A stretch of 64,000 nt of DNA from Candidatus Bathyarchaeota archaeon (GTDB taxonomy: Archaea > Thermoproteota > CALKCG01 > B24 > DRYS01), in contig JAGTQC010000001.1 of the NCBI GenBank assembly GCA_018396535.1, positions 160,001 through 224,000 on the forward strand. The letters run 5' to 3'. Under the pieces are notes generated by a model. It was given only the letters and a program-made list of their open reading frames with translations. It searched no databases and had not been told where the DNA came from. The position numbers and the translations under genes are program-made. Shown one piece after another: positions 30,202 to 40,189 of the stretch (within the stretch, counting starts at the first letter, position 1; every line of letters begins with the position of its first letter).

Positions 30202-30223
30202 CTATTCTAATAATACCAAGATA

Positions 30224-30343
30224 CTACTCTTAGAAAAAGCCGGAGCAGACTAGCAGATCATAGAAAAGCTCTTGCAGGAGGGCGGGTTAATAAGACTTGA
30301 ATATTATTGAAAAGAGTACTATGTAATAAAGTCCATATCATGA
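30224..30343 (+). pseudogene. Decayed gene remnant, resembling the C-terminus of a radical SAM family often found with NifB/NifX proteins
   Basis: Translates LLLEKAGAD*QIIEKLLQEGGLIRLEYY*KEYYVIKSIS*; both internal stops are one substitution from TGG and GGA; family call from memory. Confidence 0.45.
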
Positions 30344-30389
30344 AACCTTTGAGAGATTGTTCAAACGTAGCACTAATCTTTAGTTGAGA

Positions 30390-31313
30390 TCAAAATCTAA
30401 ACATCTTATACAGCGGATGATTTTTAGTTAGAGGTCTTATTCCTAGACTTCTCGCATAGTAGGCTATTATTGCATCAATCATTGCACAAGCGGGGAAGAC
30501 ATACTTTGCTTTTGCAATTGAGCCGTAAATAATGAAGTTTGCACCCCTAAGCTGAGTTAAAGCCAACGCTCCACCTCTACACGCTATCTTCGCATCTTTC
30601 CCTAAACCCCTGCTCTTGCTCCATTTCCCCACAACGCCTATCGGCGCAGTTCCAGCTGGTAGACCGAACTTCTCTTTGGCCAAGTAAACCCCGTGGACAG
30701 CAAAACCTATACTTGGAACATCAAGGACCGGCATAAATAATAGGGGTTTTTCTATACCAGCTTTTAAAGCTCTAGCAATTAACCCTTCTTTTCCAGGAAC
30801 TCCTTCGAGGATTTGGATCATTCCATTGGGATAAGGATTTTTAGGGTTAAATGCTTGGATGATAGCTGTCTTTAATTCTGTCTCTCTAATCGCTGTAATC
30901 TCTTCATCGCTTAACGTATAATTTATCGAGTTGTAAACTGCTCTATCTTGGAGGCCGGCATCCTTCACGTAATTTGCCGCCTTAATTCTGGTGGATGCAT
31001 TAGGTCCGTTTATTAGGAAGGGACTATCGGTAACATCCGCTACAAACTCAATATATTTTATGATGGCTTGAGGGTTCTCTCCAACAACATCAAGCATGCA
31101 TGGAATACCGGTTTTATCAGACATCTCCTCCTGAATATTTATCAAGTTCTCGGCCTCAGATCTGTCAAATATGCCTAAAGAGCGATCTATAACTATTTTG
31201 TGCCCTTCATGAAAAATGCTCCCAACCAAAACTGTAGGCAGCTCCCCAGGCTGCCCACCTACCTTCACCCCTCCAACCTCAAAAATTTCCTGTCTTCTTC
31301 CAAACTTAAACAA
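30390..31313 (-). CDS. mtrH: MtrH-family methyltransferase (tetrahydromethanopterin S-methyltransferase subunit H-like); likely TTG start 31313 (ORF track 31346)
   Basis: [44 protein letters not shown] and HPLYKMF ending. Confidence 0.88.
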   Translation of the reverse strand: [307 protein letters not shown]

Positions 31314-31369
31314 TGCATTCACCACGTGATCTTCAAGAATATTCATTCAATAGAGGTTTTTATTAGCCT

Positions 31370-31660
31370 TTATCCAAACTTTGACATGTTTTCTCTTATT
31401 GCTTCTGCAACTCTCATACCAGGCTCCACTATGATAATTTTTATACCATGATAGTTAAGCAACTCTAAGGTGCCGGGTCCTATCTCCGCTGCTAACACAA
31501 AATTCACGTTAAAATCCGCTAGGTGTTTTGCAACTATGGATTCGGAGCCATGCCTATATGATGGCGGATTCTCGATAACCTGTACGCTTACAATCTCCCT
31601 ATTCTCAACCTTAAAACAATAATCAGCATAATTAAGCCAAAGAGGGTAGACGTAATTCAT
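31370..31660 (-). pseudogene. NifB/NifX-family (FeMo-cofactor-binding) protein, apparently N-terminally truncated
   Basis: VENREIVSVQVIENP and VLAAEIGPG--ELL---GI fit the family; N-terminal IAVP...HFG segment missing. Confidence 0.6.
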
Positions 31661-32100
31661 ACAAAGATGCCCAGGCTAAATATCACAAACACATGGGGAA
31701 GACATGACTGCGAAACTTTATCAATCATTAAAGGATGGACAAATAACTCTTCTTAACTCTTCGCATAACTTCGATCTAATCTATATTTCTACTGGAAAGC
31801 ATGAGGCTAGCGATCGTTTATAGAGATGGATATATAAGGTTTTAATATTCATGAAGAGTTTCGATCCATAAACCTATGTAGACTAGTATACTCTTCATAA
31901 CGATCTATGTGGCTATACGATTAGTTTAGATATGTCGATCTTCAATATGATGTATGTATGCTTTTACTAAAATTATAATTTTATTAACTTTAAATAAATA
32001 TTTTAATAGTAATCTTCTTAATTTATATAAGCTCCTTTTCTAATATTACCTTTAATAAAATATTTATATGTGAAGGTTATATTTTTAGAGTGTTGGAGGG

Positions 32101-35100
32101 TTGGGGATGAAAAAACAATGTATAGGATTAGCGTATCTCGTCTTTACGATTATACTATCTCTACTAGTGTTAACTTCTTCGGTTCTAGGAATTTATGCAT
32201 CACAATCTCCGTGGCCTACGATATGGATCCAAATAGATTGGGATAAGAATGAGGATGGAGCACAGGATGATTGGCGAGATGTGAAATACGCATACTATAA
32301 TTTTGATAGTAGTTACCTGTATCTAAGGCTTGAATGTTATGATCAGCCTGGTAAGGATTGGCCGCAGAAAAAGGGGGCTCGCTATAAGTGGTTCATAGAT
32401 TTTGATGGAAACCTCTATGTAAGTGGAGGGAATGTTATAGATGCTGAGTATCTACTCTTCGTCGAAGATACAGACGATGATGAGGTAGGGGAATTATACC
32501 TATTATTCGATCAAGATGGTAATGGTGATTTTGATGAATACGAACCTTGGCCTCCAGCAAACTATAACGACTATAAGATAACAGATCCAACTATTGGAGG
32601 ATGGAGGATAATCGGTAACTACATAGACATGTATGTAAGTTGGAATAGCCTCGGAAACCCATCCTCGTATGGATTATTCTTTGCTACAGATCAAGAAAAC
32701 CCTAATCTCAACCAAGCCCCCACAACCGATACTAGGGATGAGGAGACGCTCATCATTATACGTGATGTAATTGCACTAAGTCAATCTGTAAACGCAACAG
32801 AAGTGGTACAGGGAGATATCGTGAATATAACAATCATCGTTAGTAATCGAGGTATGCAGAGCGAAAGCTTCGATGTAACATGCTACTTCTATCCTACAAT
32901 CATAGGAATTGAACGCGTAGAGAATCTTCCGATAGGGAGTAATAAAACGTTAATATTCCTCTGGAATACATCCATCGTCGAGCCGGGAACCTATGAAATA
33001 AGAGCTTTTGCAGATTCATCTGGGGAAATCTTAGAGATGGATGAAGGGAATAATTGGTGTACAGCCGAAGCTACAGTAACTGTTAAGGTTCATGATATAT
33101 CTGCGTTACGTCAATCTGTGAACGCGACGATCGTAACACAGGGAGAGGCAGTGGAGGTAGAGGTAGTTGTTAAAAATCTTGGAGACTTCACGGAAAGCTT
33201 CAATGTAGTATGCTACTACGATGATATACAGATAGGATCACCAATAAGAGTAGTGGATCTAGAACCTGGAGAGGAGAGGACGGTAAGATTTATCTGGGAT
33301 ACATCTGGTGTTGATCCTGGAGTCTACTTCATAAAAGCTTTCGCCGATAGTAGTAGAGAGATAACAGAGTATAATGAGGATAACAATAACTGTACCTCTA
33401 CCGAATACGTAGCGATAGTAGCGCCGCCAGGGGTATTGGATGTAGATAAGGTTTTAAGCCGTGTAGTTTATGGACCATCACCAGCGGTAGTGGGTAAAGA
33501 GACTACCTACGAAATACTCATTACAGTAGCTAATACTGGAGGAAGTCCTATAGAGAATGTTAATGTTACTGATACCATCAATGAAGGGGAAATTTCTAGT
33601 GTAGAAACGCCAAGCTTAGGAGAGATAACATCATGGAATAGTACAACTATAGTCTGGTATGTAGGCGATTTAGGTGTAGGGCAATCGGCAAATTTAACGT
33701 TCACTATACGATTTAAACCTAGTGAGAGCGGTATCCATGTACTAAACTATGGAGATAAACTCGTTGCCGAAGGGGAGGGTGTTTCGGATACCGGTGATCG
33801 AGATATAACTGTTACCGCTGTTATACGTGATGTAGCTGCTATTAGTCAAACACCCTTGAAATACGTCGTTATAAAGGGGGAGCTTATAGGTGTAGATGTA
33901 GTTGTTAAAAATCTCGGTGATTACTATAATGAGACGTTCGATGTAGTATGCTACTACAATGATACGCCTATACAACCCATAAGCTTAGTGAGGGTACTGG
34001 ATCTAGAACCTGGAGAGGAGAGGACGGTAAGATTTATCTGGGATACATCTGGTGTTGATCCTGGAGTCTACTTCATAAAAGCTTTCGCCGATAGTAGTAG
34101 AGAGATAACAGAGTATAATGAGGATAACAATAACTGTACCTCTACCGAATACGTAGAGATAATCGTTCACGATATAGCAGCAGTAAGCCAGATCCCATAC
34201 CCGACAAGGGTTGTTCAAGGTGAGAGCGTAACTATAGAGGTTACTATAAGAAATGAAGGTACTGAGTATGAGAGCTTTACTTTGAAATGCTACTATTATA
34301 ACGAGACTGCAGAGATACCGATGGAGTTGGGAGAGAGAAGTGTTAGTCTAGATCCAGGTTCCGAGAAGATCGAATACTTCATATGGGATACTACAGGTAT
34401 CCCACCTGCAATATACTATATAGAAGCTCGTGCAATACCGGTTGAAGGTGAATTGGATACGGATGATAATACGTGTATGAGCCAGGTAAACGTTACGATT
34501 ACGGTTGCTAGTATTAGCGGTTATAAATGGAACGATATCGATGGAGATGGTGAATGGGATGTAGCTGAGCCACCTCTCCAAAACTGGAATATAACGCTCT
34601 ACAAGCTTATCGATTCCTCATGGGTATACCAGACATCAGTCCTTACAGATGAAGATGGCTATTACGAATTTACAGATCTAGCAGCCGGAACTTATAGAGT
34701 CTGCGAAGTTCTCGAAGATGGCTGGATATGTACTTATCCACCTGATGGCTACTACGAGTTTACAGTAACCGTTGAGTTCGACGGCACTGATAAAAACTTT
34801 GGTAATTTTAAGAAGGCGACTATTATCGTCTGGAAGTATGAGGATGAAGATGGTAATCCTGATACTACAGATGATTGGATTCCGATAGACTGGACTATTA
34901 CCCTATTCAACGATACATATCCTTCAGGACAAAGCTTCTCTCTTGATTCTGACGGTATGATAATCTTCGATGGACAGGGCCCTGGTGTCGTAGCTATAAT
35001 GGAACACGATATTCCTGGCTGGATTCATATGAATTCTACGAATACATGGACTCAGAGTATGGAGAGTGGCGGAACATACATTATCAGATTCGTTAATACA

Positions 35101-35526
35101 CGTGTACGTGGATATATAATCGTTCGTAAATTAACTGTTAGTGGTGATCAGAGCTTCGAATTTACCACTAGCTATAGTACTAACTTCTTCTTAAGTAACG
35201 GTCAGGAGAACGTCAGTCAACCTCTAATCCCTGGTAACTACGTTGTAACGGAGTTGCCTGTCGATGGATGGAGCTTAACTAGTATAGATATAAGCGATCC
35301 TGATGGTGGTTCATCATATGATCTAGCTACGGGTACGGCTATCGTAGACTTGGATGCAGGTGAAACTATCTACGTAACGTTTACTAACACTAAGTACATA
35401 CCGCCACCTGTCGGTGGGATAATAGTTATTCAAACTCCATTACAGATACTCCTAACTATGGTAGCAACTGTAGTAGCTATCGTTATGGTTAGTATAATAG
35501 TGTTGAAGAAGCTTAGAATTGGGTAG
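32101..35526 (+). CDS. Large cell-surface glycoprotein: signal peptide, four CARDB-like Ig repeats, DUF11-like, SdrD-B-like and prealbumin-like domains, PVGG-TM-basic tail
   Basis: Hydrophobic N-terminus; repeated DV-A--Q...V-N-G---E-F-V-CYY...F-WDT..PG-Y-I-A...NNC units; ISGYKWND-DGDG--D--EP; many N-x-S/T sequons. Confidence 0.88.
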   Translation: MGMKKQCIGLAYLVFTIILSLLVLTSSVLGIYASQSPWPTIWIQIDWDKNEDGAQDDWRDVKYAYYNFDSSYLYLRLECYDQPGKDWPQKKGARYKWFIDFDGNLYVSGGNVIDAEYLLFVEDTDDDEVGELYLLFDQDGNGDFDEYEPWPPANYNDYKITDPTIGGWRIIGNYIDMYVSWNSLGNPSSYGLFFATDQENPNLNQAPTTDTRDEETLIIIRDVIALSQSVNATEVVQGDIVNITIIVSNRGMQSESFDVTCYFYPTIIGIERVENLPIGSNKTLIFLWNTSIVEPGTYEIRAFADSSGEILEMDEGNNWCTAEATVTVKVHDISALRQSVNATIVTQGEAVEVEVVVKNLGDFTESFNVVCYYDDIQIGSPIRVVDLEPGEERTVRFIWDTSGVDPGVYFIKAFADSSREITEYNEDNNNCTSTEYVAIVAPPGVLDVDKVLSRVVYGPSPAVVGKETTYEILITVANTGGSPIENVNVTDTINEGEISSVETPSLGEITSWNSTTIVWYVGDLGVGQSANLTFTIRFKPSESGIHVLNYGDKLVAEGEGVSDTGDRDITVTAVIRDVAAISQTPLKYVVIKGELIGVDVVVKNLGDYYNETFDVVCYYNDTPIQPISLVRVLDLEPGEERTVRFIWDTSGVDPGVYFIKAFADSSREITEYNEDNNNCTSTEYVEIIVHDIAAVSQIPYPTRVVQGESVTIEVTIRNEGTEYESFTLKCYYYNETAEIPMELGERSVSLDPGSEKIEYFIWDTTGIPPAIYYIEARAIPVEGELDTDDNTCMSQVNVTITVASISGYKWNDIDGDGEWDVAEPPLQNWNITLYKLIDSSWVYQTSVLTDEDGYYEFTDLAAGTYRVCEVLEDGWICTYPPDGYYEFTVTVEFDGTDKNFGNFKKATIIVWKYEDEDGNPDTTDDWIPIDWTITLFNDTYPSGQSFSLDSDGMIIFDGQGPGVVAIMEHDIPGWIHMNSTNTWTQSMESGGTYIIRFVNTRVRGYIIVRKLTVSGDQSFEFTTSYSTNFFLSNGQENVSQPLIPGNYVVTELPVDGWSLTSIDISDPDGGSSYDLATGTAIVDLDAGETIYVTFTNTKYIPPPVGGIIVIQTPLQILLTMVATVVAIVMVSIIVLKKLRIG
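33254..33412 (+). repeat. 159-bp exact direct repeat, copy 1 (CARDB unit 2)
   Basis: Identical to 33998-34156, in frame (offset 744 bp). Confidence 0.95.
33998..34156 (+). repeat. 159-bp exact direct repeat, copy 2 (CARDB unit 3)
   Basis: TGGATCTAGAACC...CCGAATACGTAG identical to 33254-33412. Confidence 0.95.
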
Positions 35527-35575
35527 GCTTAGATAAACTCCATCCAGTAATATATCACGAATTTTTTCTTCTACT

Positions 35576-36385
35576 CTATATCTCAGGGTTGGTTAGGTAT
35601 ACTAGCTTCGACCTCCATATAGGATCTGGCCCCATATCATTCATGATTTTTTGGACAGCTTCGCTATAACTTAGCTTCTCAGTATAGACTAATCTGAGTA
35701 GTGTCGATGTAACTTTATCTGTGTATTCTAGGCTTACGTAGCCATCCCAAGCTATGATCGCTTTCACACCTCTATCGAAGAATCTCCTTATACTGTTATC
35801 AGAGCTCGTACCGTTACACCCCATCAATATTATGACTGTATCCTTAAGCCCATCATAATCTCCGAGTAGGTCAGCACGTATCGCGAAATATGGTCCCTCA
35901 CTCATATCGAATGTATAGGCTTCTCTATACTCGCCGTAGAGCTGCTCGTAGATATACTGTTCTGGGTTGTAAGCTTCAGCGCTGAAAAGGTATAGATCTC
36001 CATATACAGCATCGACTGCGCTATGTACCCTCAATACTATTAGTTTATAGCCTTTCATGTTATCGAGAAGCTTCATAGTAACTTGTCTTCCGATATAGAT
36101 TTCGACATCGAAGCCTGCTTGAGATAGCGTTTCATATACTACCCTTAGGAAGGATAGGTTGGGTTTCGTAAGACCGATCCCATCGATAATGATAGCTTTC
36201 GGGATGTTTACTCCGCCCGTATACTTTGATGGATCGCTGCGAACGCTAAGGATAGAGAGATGGTAGGCTAGGATGACTGCTAGTATCGTGAATATAGCTG
36301 CTGTAATAATCCTTCTTCGAGCGATACGCCTATACTCGCTTAAACTCTCTTCAGCTTTCAAATACCTCTTTCTTCGAATATTCAT
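35576..36385 (-). CDS. Membrane-anchored hypothetical protein, possible clan CD (caspase/gingipain/CHAT-like) cysteine peptidase
   Basis: Basic N-terminus plus TM helix; LIVLRVHS and VIILMGCNG strand-His / strand-Cys motifs; AIIAWDG-V. Confidence 0.6.
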   Translation of the reverse strand: MNIRRKRYLKAEESLSEYRRIARRRIITAAIFTILAVILAYHLSILSVRSDPSKYTGGVNIPKAIIIDGIGLTKPNLSFLRVVYETLSQAGFDVEIYIGRQVTMKLLDNMKGYKLIVLRVHSAVDAVYGDLYLFSAEAYNPEQYIYEQLYGEYREAYTFDMSEGPYFAIRADLLGDYDGLKDTVIILMGCNGTSSDNSIRRFFDRGVKAIIAWDGYVSLEYTDKVTSTLLRLVYTEKLSYSEAVQKIMNDMGPDPIWRSKLVYLTNPEI

Positions 36386-36573
36386 CAGATCTACCTAAAA
36401 TATTTTGATCTTCAATCTAATCCGCTCCTATATGGTCTATATGTTGTATGCATAGATTGTTCAAGACCATCTCTAATGCATGGCCTCCCGGTTCGATAGT
36501 GGAGCTTACCCTATCTACTAGATCTAGGTTTAAGTACCCTATCGATGCAATCTAGTGTAATCGGTGTCGAAGC

Positions 36574-37365
36574 TTGATTAGACCAGTTATATTTAGAAAT
36601 GAAGGACAGTGTTTAGTAGGTATACTCCATATACCTGATGGACTAGCTTCCAGAGGGGGGAGGGCGCCTGGGATAGTTATGTTCCACGGATTTACGGGTA
36701 ATAAAGTTGAGGCGCATAGACTTTTCATCCATGTAGCTAGGAGACTATGTGATTCCGGGTTTATAGTTCTCCGATTCGATTTCAGAGGTTCAGGCGATAG
36801 TGATGGAGAGTTTGAGGATATGACCATCCCTGGAGAAGTAAGTGATGCTAGGAGAGCTTTAACGCTACTTATGAGGCAGAGGTATGTGGATAAATCTAGA
36901 GTTGGGGTTTTAGGTTTGAGTATGGGTGGTAGAGTTGCTGCGATCTTAGCATCTATGGATAGGAGGATAGGGTTTGTAGTATTATACTCTCCTGCTCTAG
37001 GCCCGTTGAGGGGGAGGATGTTATCCTGGATGCCTAGGGAGTATATGGATATATTGGATCTAGGTGGTGCAGTAGAAGTATCGTCAGGCTGGTATTTGAA
37101 GAAGAGGTTTTTCGAAACTGTAGATTATATAGTTCCATCGGATGTTATGAAAGATATCAGAGCCCCGATCCTTATAGTGCATGGTGATAAGGATCAAGTT
37201 ATACCTCTAGATGAGGTTAAGAGATGTTTCGATTTAGTTAAGGATCTAGATGATAGGAATGAGCTATACATAGTAAGCGGCGGCGATCATACATTCTCGA
37301 AGAGAGAACATACAAAGGAGGTTATAGATAAAACATTAGAATGGCTTAGTAGGGCTGTATATTAG
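36574..37365 (+). CDS. Alpha/beta hydrolase
   Basis: HGFTG, FDFRGSGDSDG, GLSMGG nucleophile, HGDKD and DH catalytic residues. Confidence 0.92.
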   Translation: MIRPVIFRNEGQCLVGILHIPDGLASRGGRAPGIVMFHGFTGNKVEAHRLFIHVARRLCDSGFIVLRFDFRGSGDSDGEFEDMTIPGEVSDARRALTLLMRQRYVDKSRVGVLGLSMGGRVAAILASMDRRIGFVVLYSPALGPLRGRMLSWMPREYMDILDLGGAVEVSSGWYLKKRFFETVDYIVPSDVMKDIRAPILIVHGDKDQVIPLDEVKRCFDLVKDLDDRNELYIVSGGDHTFSKREHTKEVIDKTLEWLSRAVY

Positions 37366-37437
37366 TATGGCATCTATCCTAACCTAATCTTACGCTACCC
37401 ATTAAGGTTTCTAAGACTGAGATCTTTTACCGTATCT

Positions 37438-37875
37438 TTAGGATTTAGCAAGTTCTTCTATACTTACACCTAACTCCCTAGCCTTCTTGAGGAGTTCTGA
37501 CAGCATAGTTTTTAATTGCTCTACCTCCTTCAACTTAGTTTCTTCGAGAAAGTATGTTTTGAATGTTTCGACTGGCTTAAGTTCTAAGACTTCTACTGTA
37601 GCAGATATAGGTTTGAATAACCCCTTAGGATCTGCTTCATACTCCAGGACTATTCTAGTAGGCTTATCTGCAGCATTCCTTTTATTTATCTCCTCGATCA
37701 GCCTCCTAGATATATCTAGCCACGCCTTCCTATTAGATTCCTTAACCTCCTTATCTGAGATATTACTGTAGAATGTAGCGTAGAACCATCTCTTCATTCT
37801 GAATATAGCACCCCTACCAGATGGGGATATCCTGAACCTCTGCTGCTGAACTTTACTCATAGACAATCCCATCAC
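37438..37875 (-). CDS. Hypothetical basic protein with C-terminal coiled coil, possibly ThermoDBP-related (DUF2258-like)
   Basis: Aromatic/basic N-domain, RIVLEYE strand, heptad-rich C-terminus; resemblance is weak. Confidence 0.45.
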   Translation of the reverse strand: MMGLSMSKVQQQRFRISPSGRGAIFRMKRWFYATFYSNISDKEVKESNRKAWLDISRRLIEEINKRNAADKPTRIVLEYEADPKGLFKPISATVEVLELKPVETFKTYFLEETKLKEVEQLKTMLSELLKKARELGVSIEELAKS

Positions 37876-38058
37876 CTCGAAATATATAATATCCTATTTC
37901 GATTATATATTAGAGGGAGGATATATACTTTATACTATCGGAGTATAGAATATGGTAATACAATTATATTCTTGAATACTGTAGTCGACGCTAGATGTTT
38001 AGAAAGCGAATACTTACTAGGAAGACGTATATATTAGATGCTTATCTGAAAGGTGTTT

Positions 38059-39303
38059 ATGATGGCTAAGCTTGCTTTAAACGGAGGGAGACCTGTAAGG
38101 GAGAAGCCGTTCCCTAGATGGCCTATCTACGATGATAGGGAGCTTAAAGCTTTAACGAATGTTCTCGAAAGCGGTTTATGGGGGATAGGGGGGAGGTTCA
38201 AGAAGGAGTTCGAGGAGAAGTTCGCTGCATACCAGCATGCAAAGTATGGCGTAGCTGTAACAAGCGGGACGGCTGCTTTAGAGATATCTCTTAGAGCTCT
38301 AGGTGTAGGATGTGGTGATGAAGTTGTAGTTACACCCTACACGTTTATGGCTACCGTTATGGCTATCCTTCACGTTAACGCTATACCTGTATTTGCAGAT
38401 ATAGATCCGGAAACCTATACGATCGATCCTAGGAGTATAGAATCTGTGATATCTGAGAGGACTAAGGCTATAATACCAGTTCATATAGGTGGGAGGCCGG
38501 CTGATATGGATTCTATTACATCGATAGCTAAGAGGTATGATCTGTATATCGTCGAGGATGCATGCCAGGCATGGGGGTCTGAGTGGAGGGGGCGTAGGGT
38601 TGGGGCTATAGGTGATATGGGTGCGTTCAGCTTCCAATCTAGTAAGAACATTACCAGCGGGGAGGGGGGTATGATAGTAACTAACGATGAAGACTTGTAT
38701 ATTAAGGCGTGGTCTCTACATAACTGTGGTAGGCTCCCATATGGAGAACATTATGAGCATTACATGCCTGGATGGAACTATCGTATGACGGAGTTTCAAG
38801 CAGCTATACTTCTAATCCAGTTGGAGAGACTTGATGAGCATACTAGGAGGCGTATGGATAATGCATACTATTTAGATTCTAAGCTATCCAAGATTGATGG
38901 ATTGAAACCTTTGAAGAAGGATGATCGTATAACAAGGAATGCTTACCACCTATATATATTTAGATATGATCCAGAAGCTTTCGACGGTGTATCGAAGAAT
39001 GTATTCGCTAAAGCTCTGCAAGCTGAGGGGATACCTCTAAGTATCGGTTATTCCAAACCGTTGTATAGGGAGGAGTATCTAAGATACTTCGATAGATGTC
39101 CACTCTCATGCCCATACTATGGTAAACCTGTAGACTACTCTAATCTAAATCTACCAGCTGTCGAGAGGGCATGCTATCTAGAAGGGTTATGGCTACCACA
39201 ATACGTGCTGCTAGGATCTAGAGAGGATATGGATGATATAATAGCAGCTATAGAGAAGGTTAGAGAGAATATAGATGAGCTAGCTAGTGTAAAGGTATCA
39301 TAA
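38059..39303 (+). CDS. DegT/DnrJ/EryC1/StrS PLP aminotransferase (RifK/BtrR-like)
   Basis: SGTAAL, EDACQAWG, FSFQSSKNITSGEGG (PLP Lys) and NYRMTEFQAA. Confidence 0.93.
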   Translation: MMAKLALNGGRPVREKPFPRWPIYDDRELKALTNVLESGLWGIGGRFKKEFEEKFAAYQHAKYGVAVTSGTAALEISLRALGVGCGDEVVVTPYTFMATVMAILHVNAIPVFADIDPETYTIDPRSIESVISERTKAIIPVHIGGRPADMDSITSIAKRYDLYIVEDACQAWGSEWRGRRVGAIGDMGAFSFQSSKNITSGEGGMIVTNDEDLYIKAWSLHNCGRLPYGEHYEHYMPGWNYRMTEFQAAILLIQLERLDEHTRRRMDNAYYLDSKLSKIDGLKPLKKDDRITRNAYHLYIFRYDPEAFDGVSKNVFAKALQAEGIPLSIGYSKPLYREEYLRYFDRCPLSCPYYGKPVDYSNLNLPAVERACYLEGLWLPQYVLLGSREDMDDIIAAIEKVRENIDELASVKVS

Positions 39304-39370
39304 CGATCTCCGTATAGTGTGTATACTATGCTTAATATCGTCTACGGTTAAGTATAATTTTGGATCCTAT

Positions 39371-40189
39371 ATGTCTCTTATACCCTACGAGGTATTGGAG
39401 AAGCTATCTTGGGATGAAGCATACGATGCTATAGTTGAAGTTAGACGTAGATCGATAGGAGATGTATTCAGAGAGGTTAAACGTGTTCTATGTATTCAAC
39501 CCCACCCTGATGATACGGATATAGCTGCTGGTGGTACTATAGCATGGATGAGGGATAACGGGGTTGAGGTATCCTATGTAACTATGACGGATGGATGTAT
39601 GGGTACCTCCGATCCTACGCTCTACCCTGAGAAGCTAGCGGAAGTTAGGAGGGGGGAGCAGGAGGAGGCTGCTAGAATACTAGGCGTAGATAAGCTTATC
39701 TGGCTAGATTATCGTGATAGCGAGTTTAGAGTCTGCTCTGAAGCTAGGAGTAGACTTATATCGATAATAAGAAGGTTTAAACCTGATATGGTGATAACAG
39801 TTGATCCATGGCTTCCATACGAGGCTCATCCAGATCATACAGCTACTGGTATACTTGCAGCTGAAGCATCCATGTTCTCTAGTCTTGTACACGTGAACCC
39901 GCAGGATCTTAGAGATGGTTTAACCCCTCATCGTGTGAGATTCATAGCCTTCTACTGGAGTAGAAAGCCTAATACGTTTATCGATGTAACTAGGTATGTA
40001 GAGGTTAAGTTTAAAGCGATCTCAGCTCATAGAAGCCAGTTTCCAGGTGAGAGTATAGATAGGTTTCTAGAAGTTATTAAAGCGTATATGAAGCTTATGG
40101 GTAAGAGGATAGGTGTAGATTATGCAGAGCCGTTCAAGGTTCTACCTATCGGAAGCCTACACTGCGATATATTCGCTGAAGATATCTAG
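39371..40189 (+). CDS. PIG-L/LmbE family deacetylase (diacetylchitobiose deacetylase-like)
   Basis: PHPDD and HPDH zinc motifs, R--EQ--AA--LG, H-SQF. Confidence 0.9.
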   Translation: MSLIPYEVLEKLSWDEAYDAIVEVRRRSIGDVFREVKRVLCIQPHPDDTDIAAGGTIAWMRDNGVEVSYVTMTDGCMGTSDPTLYPEKLAEVRRGEQEEAARILGVDKLIWLDYRDSEFRVCSEARSRLISIIRRFKPDMVITVDPWLPYEAHPDHTATGILAAEASMFSSLVHVNPQDLRDGLTPHRVRFIAFYWSRKPNTFIDVTRYVEVKFKAISAHRSQFPGESIDRFLEVIKAYMKLMGKRIGVDYAEPFKVLPIGSLHCDIFAEDI

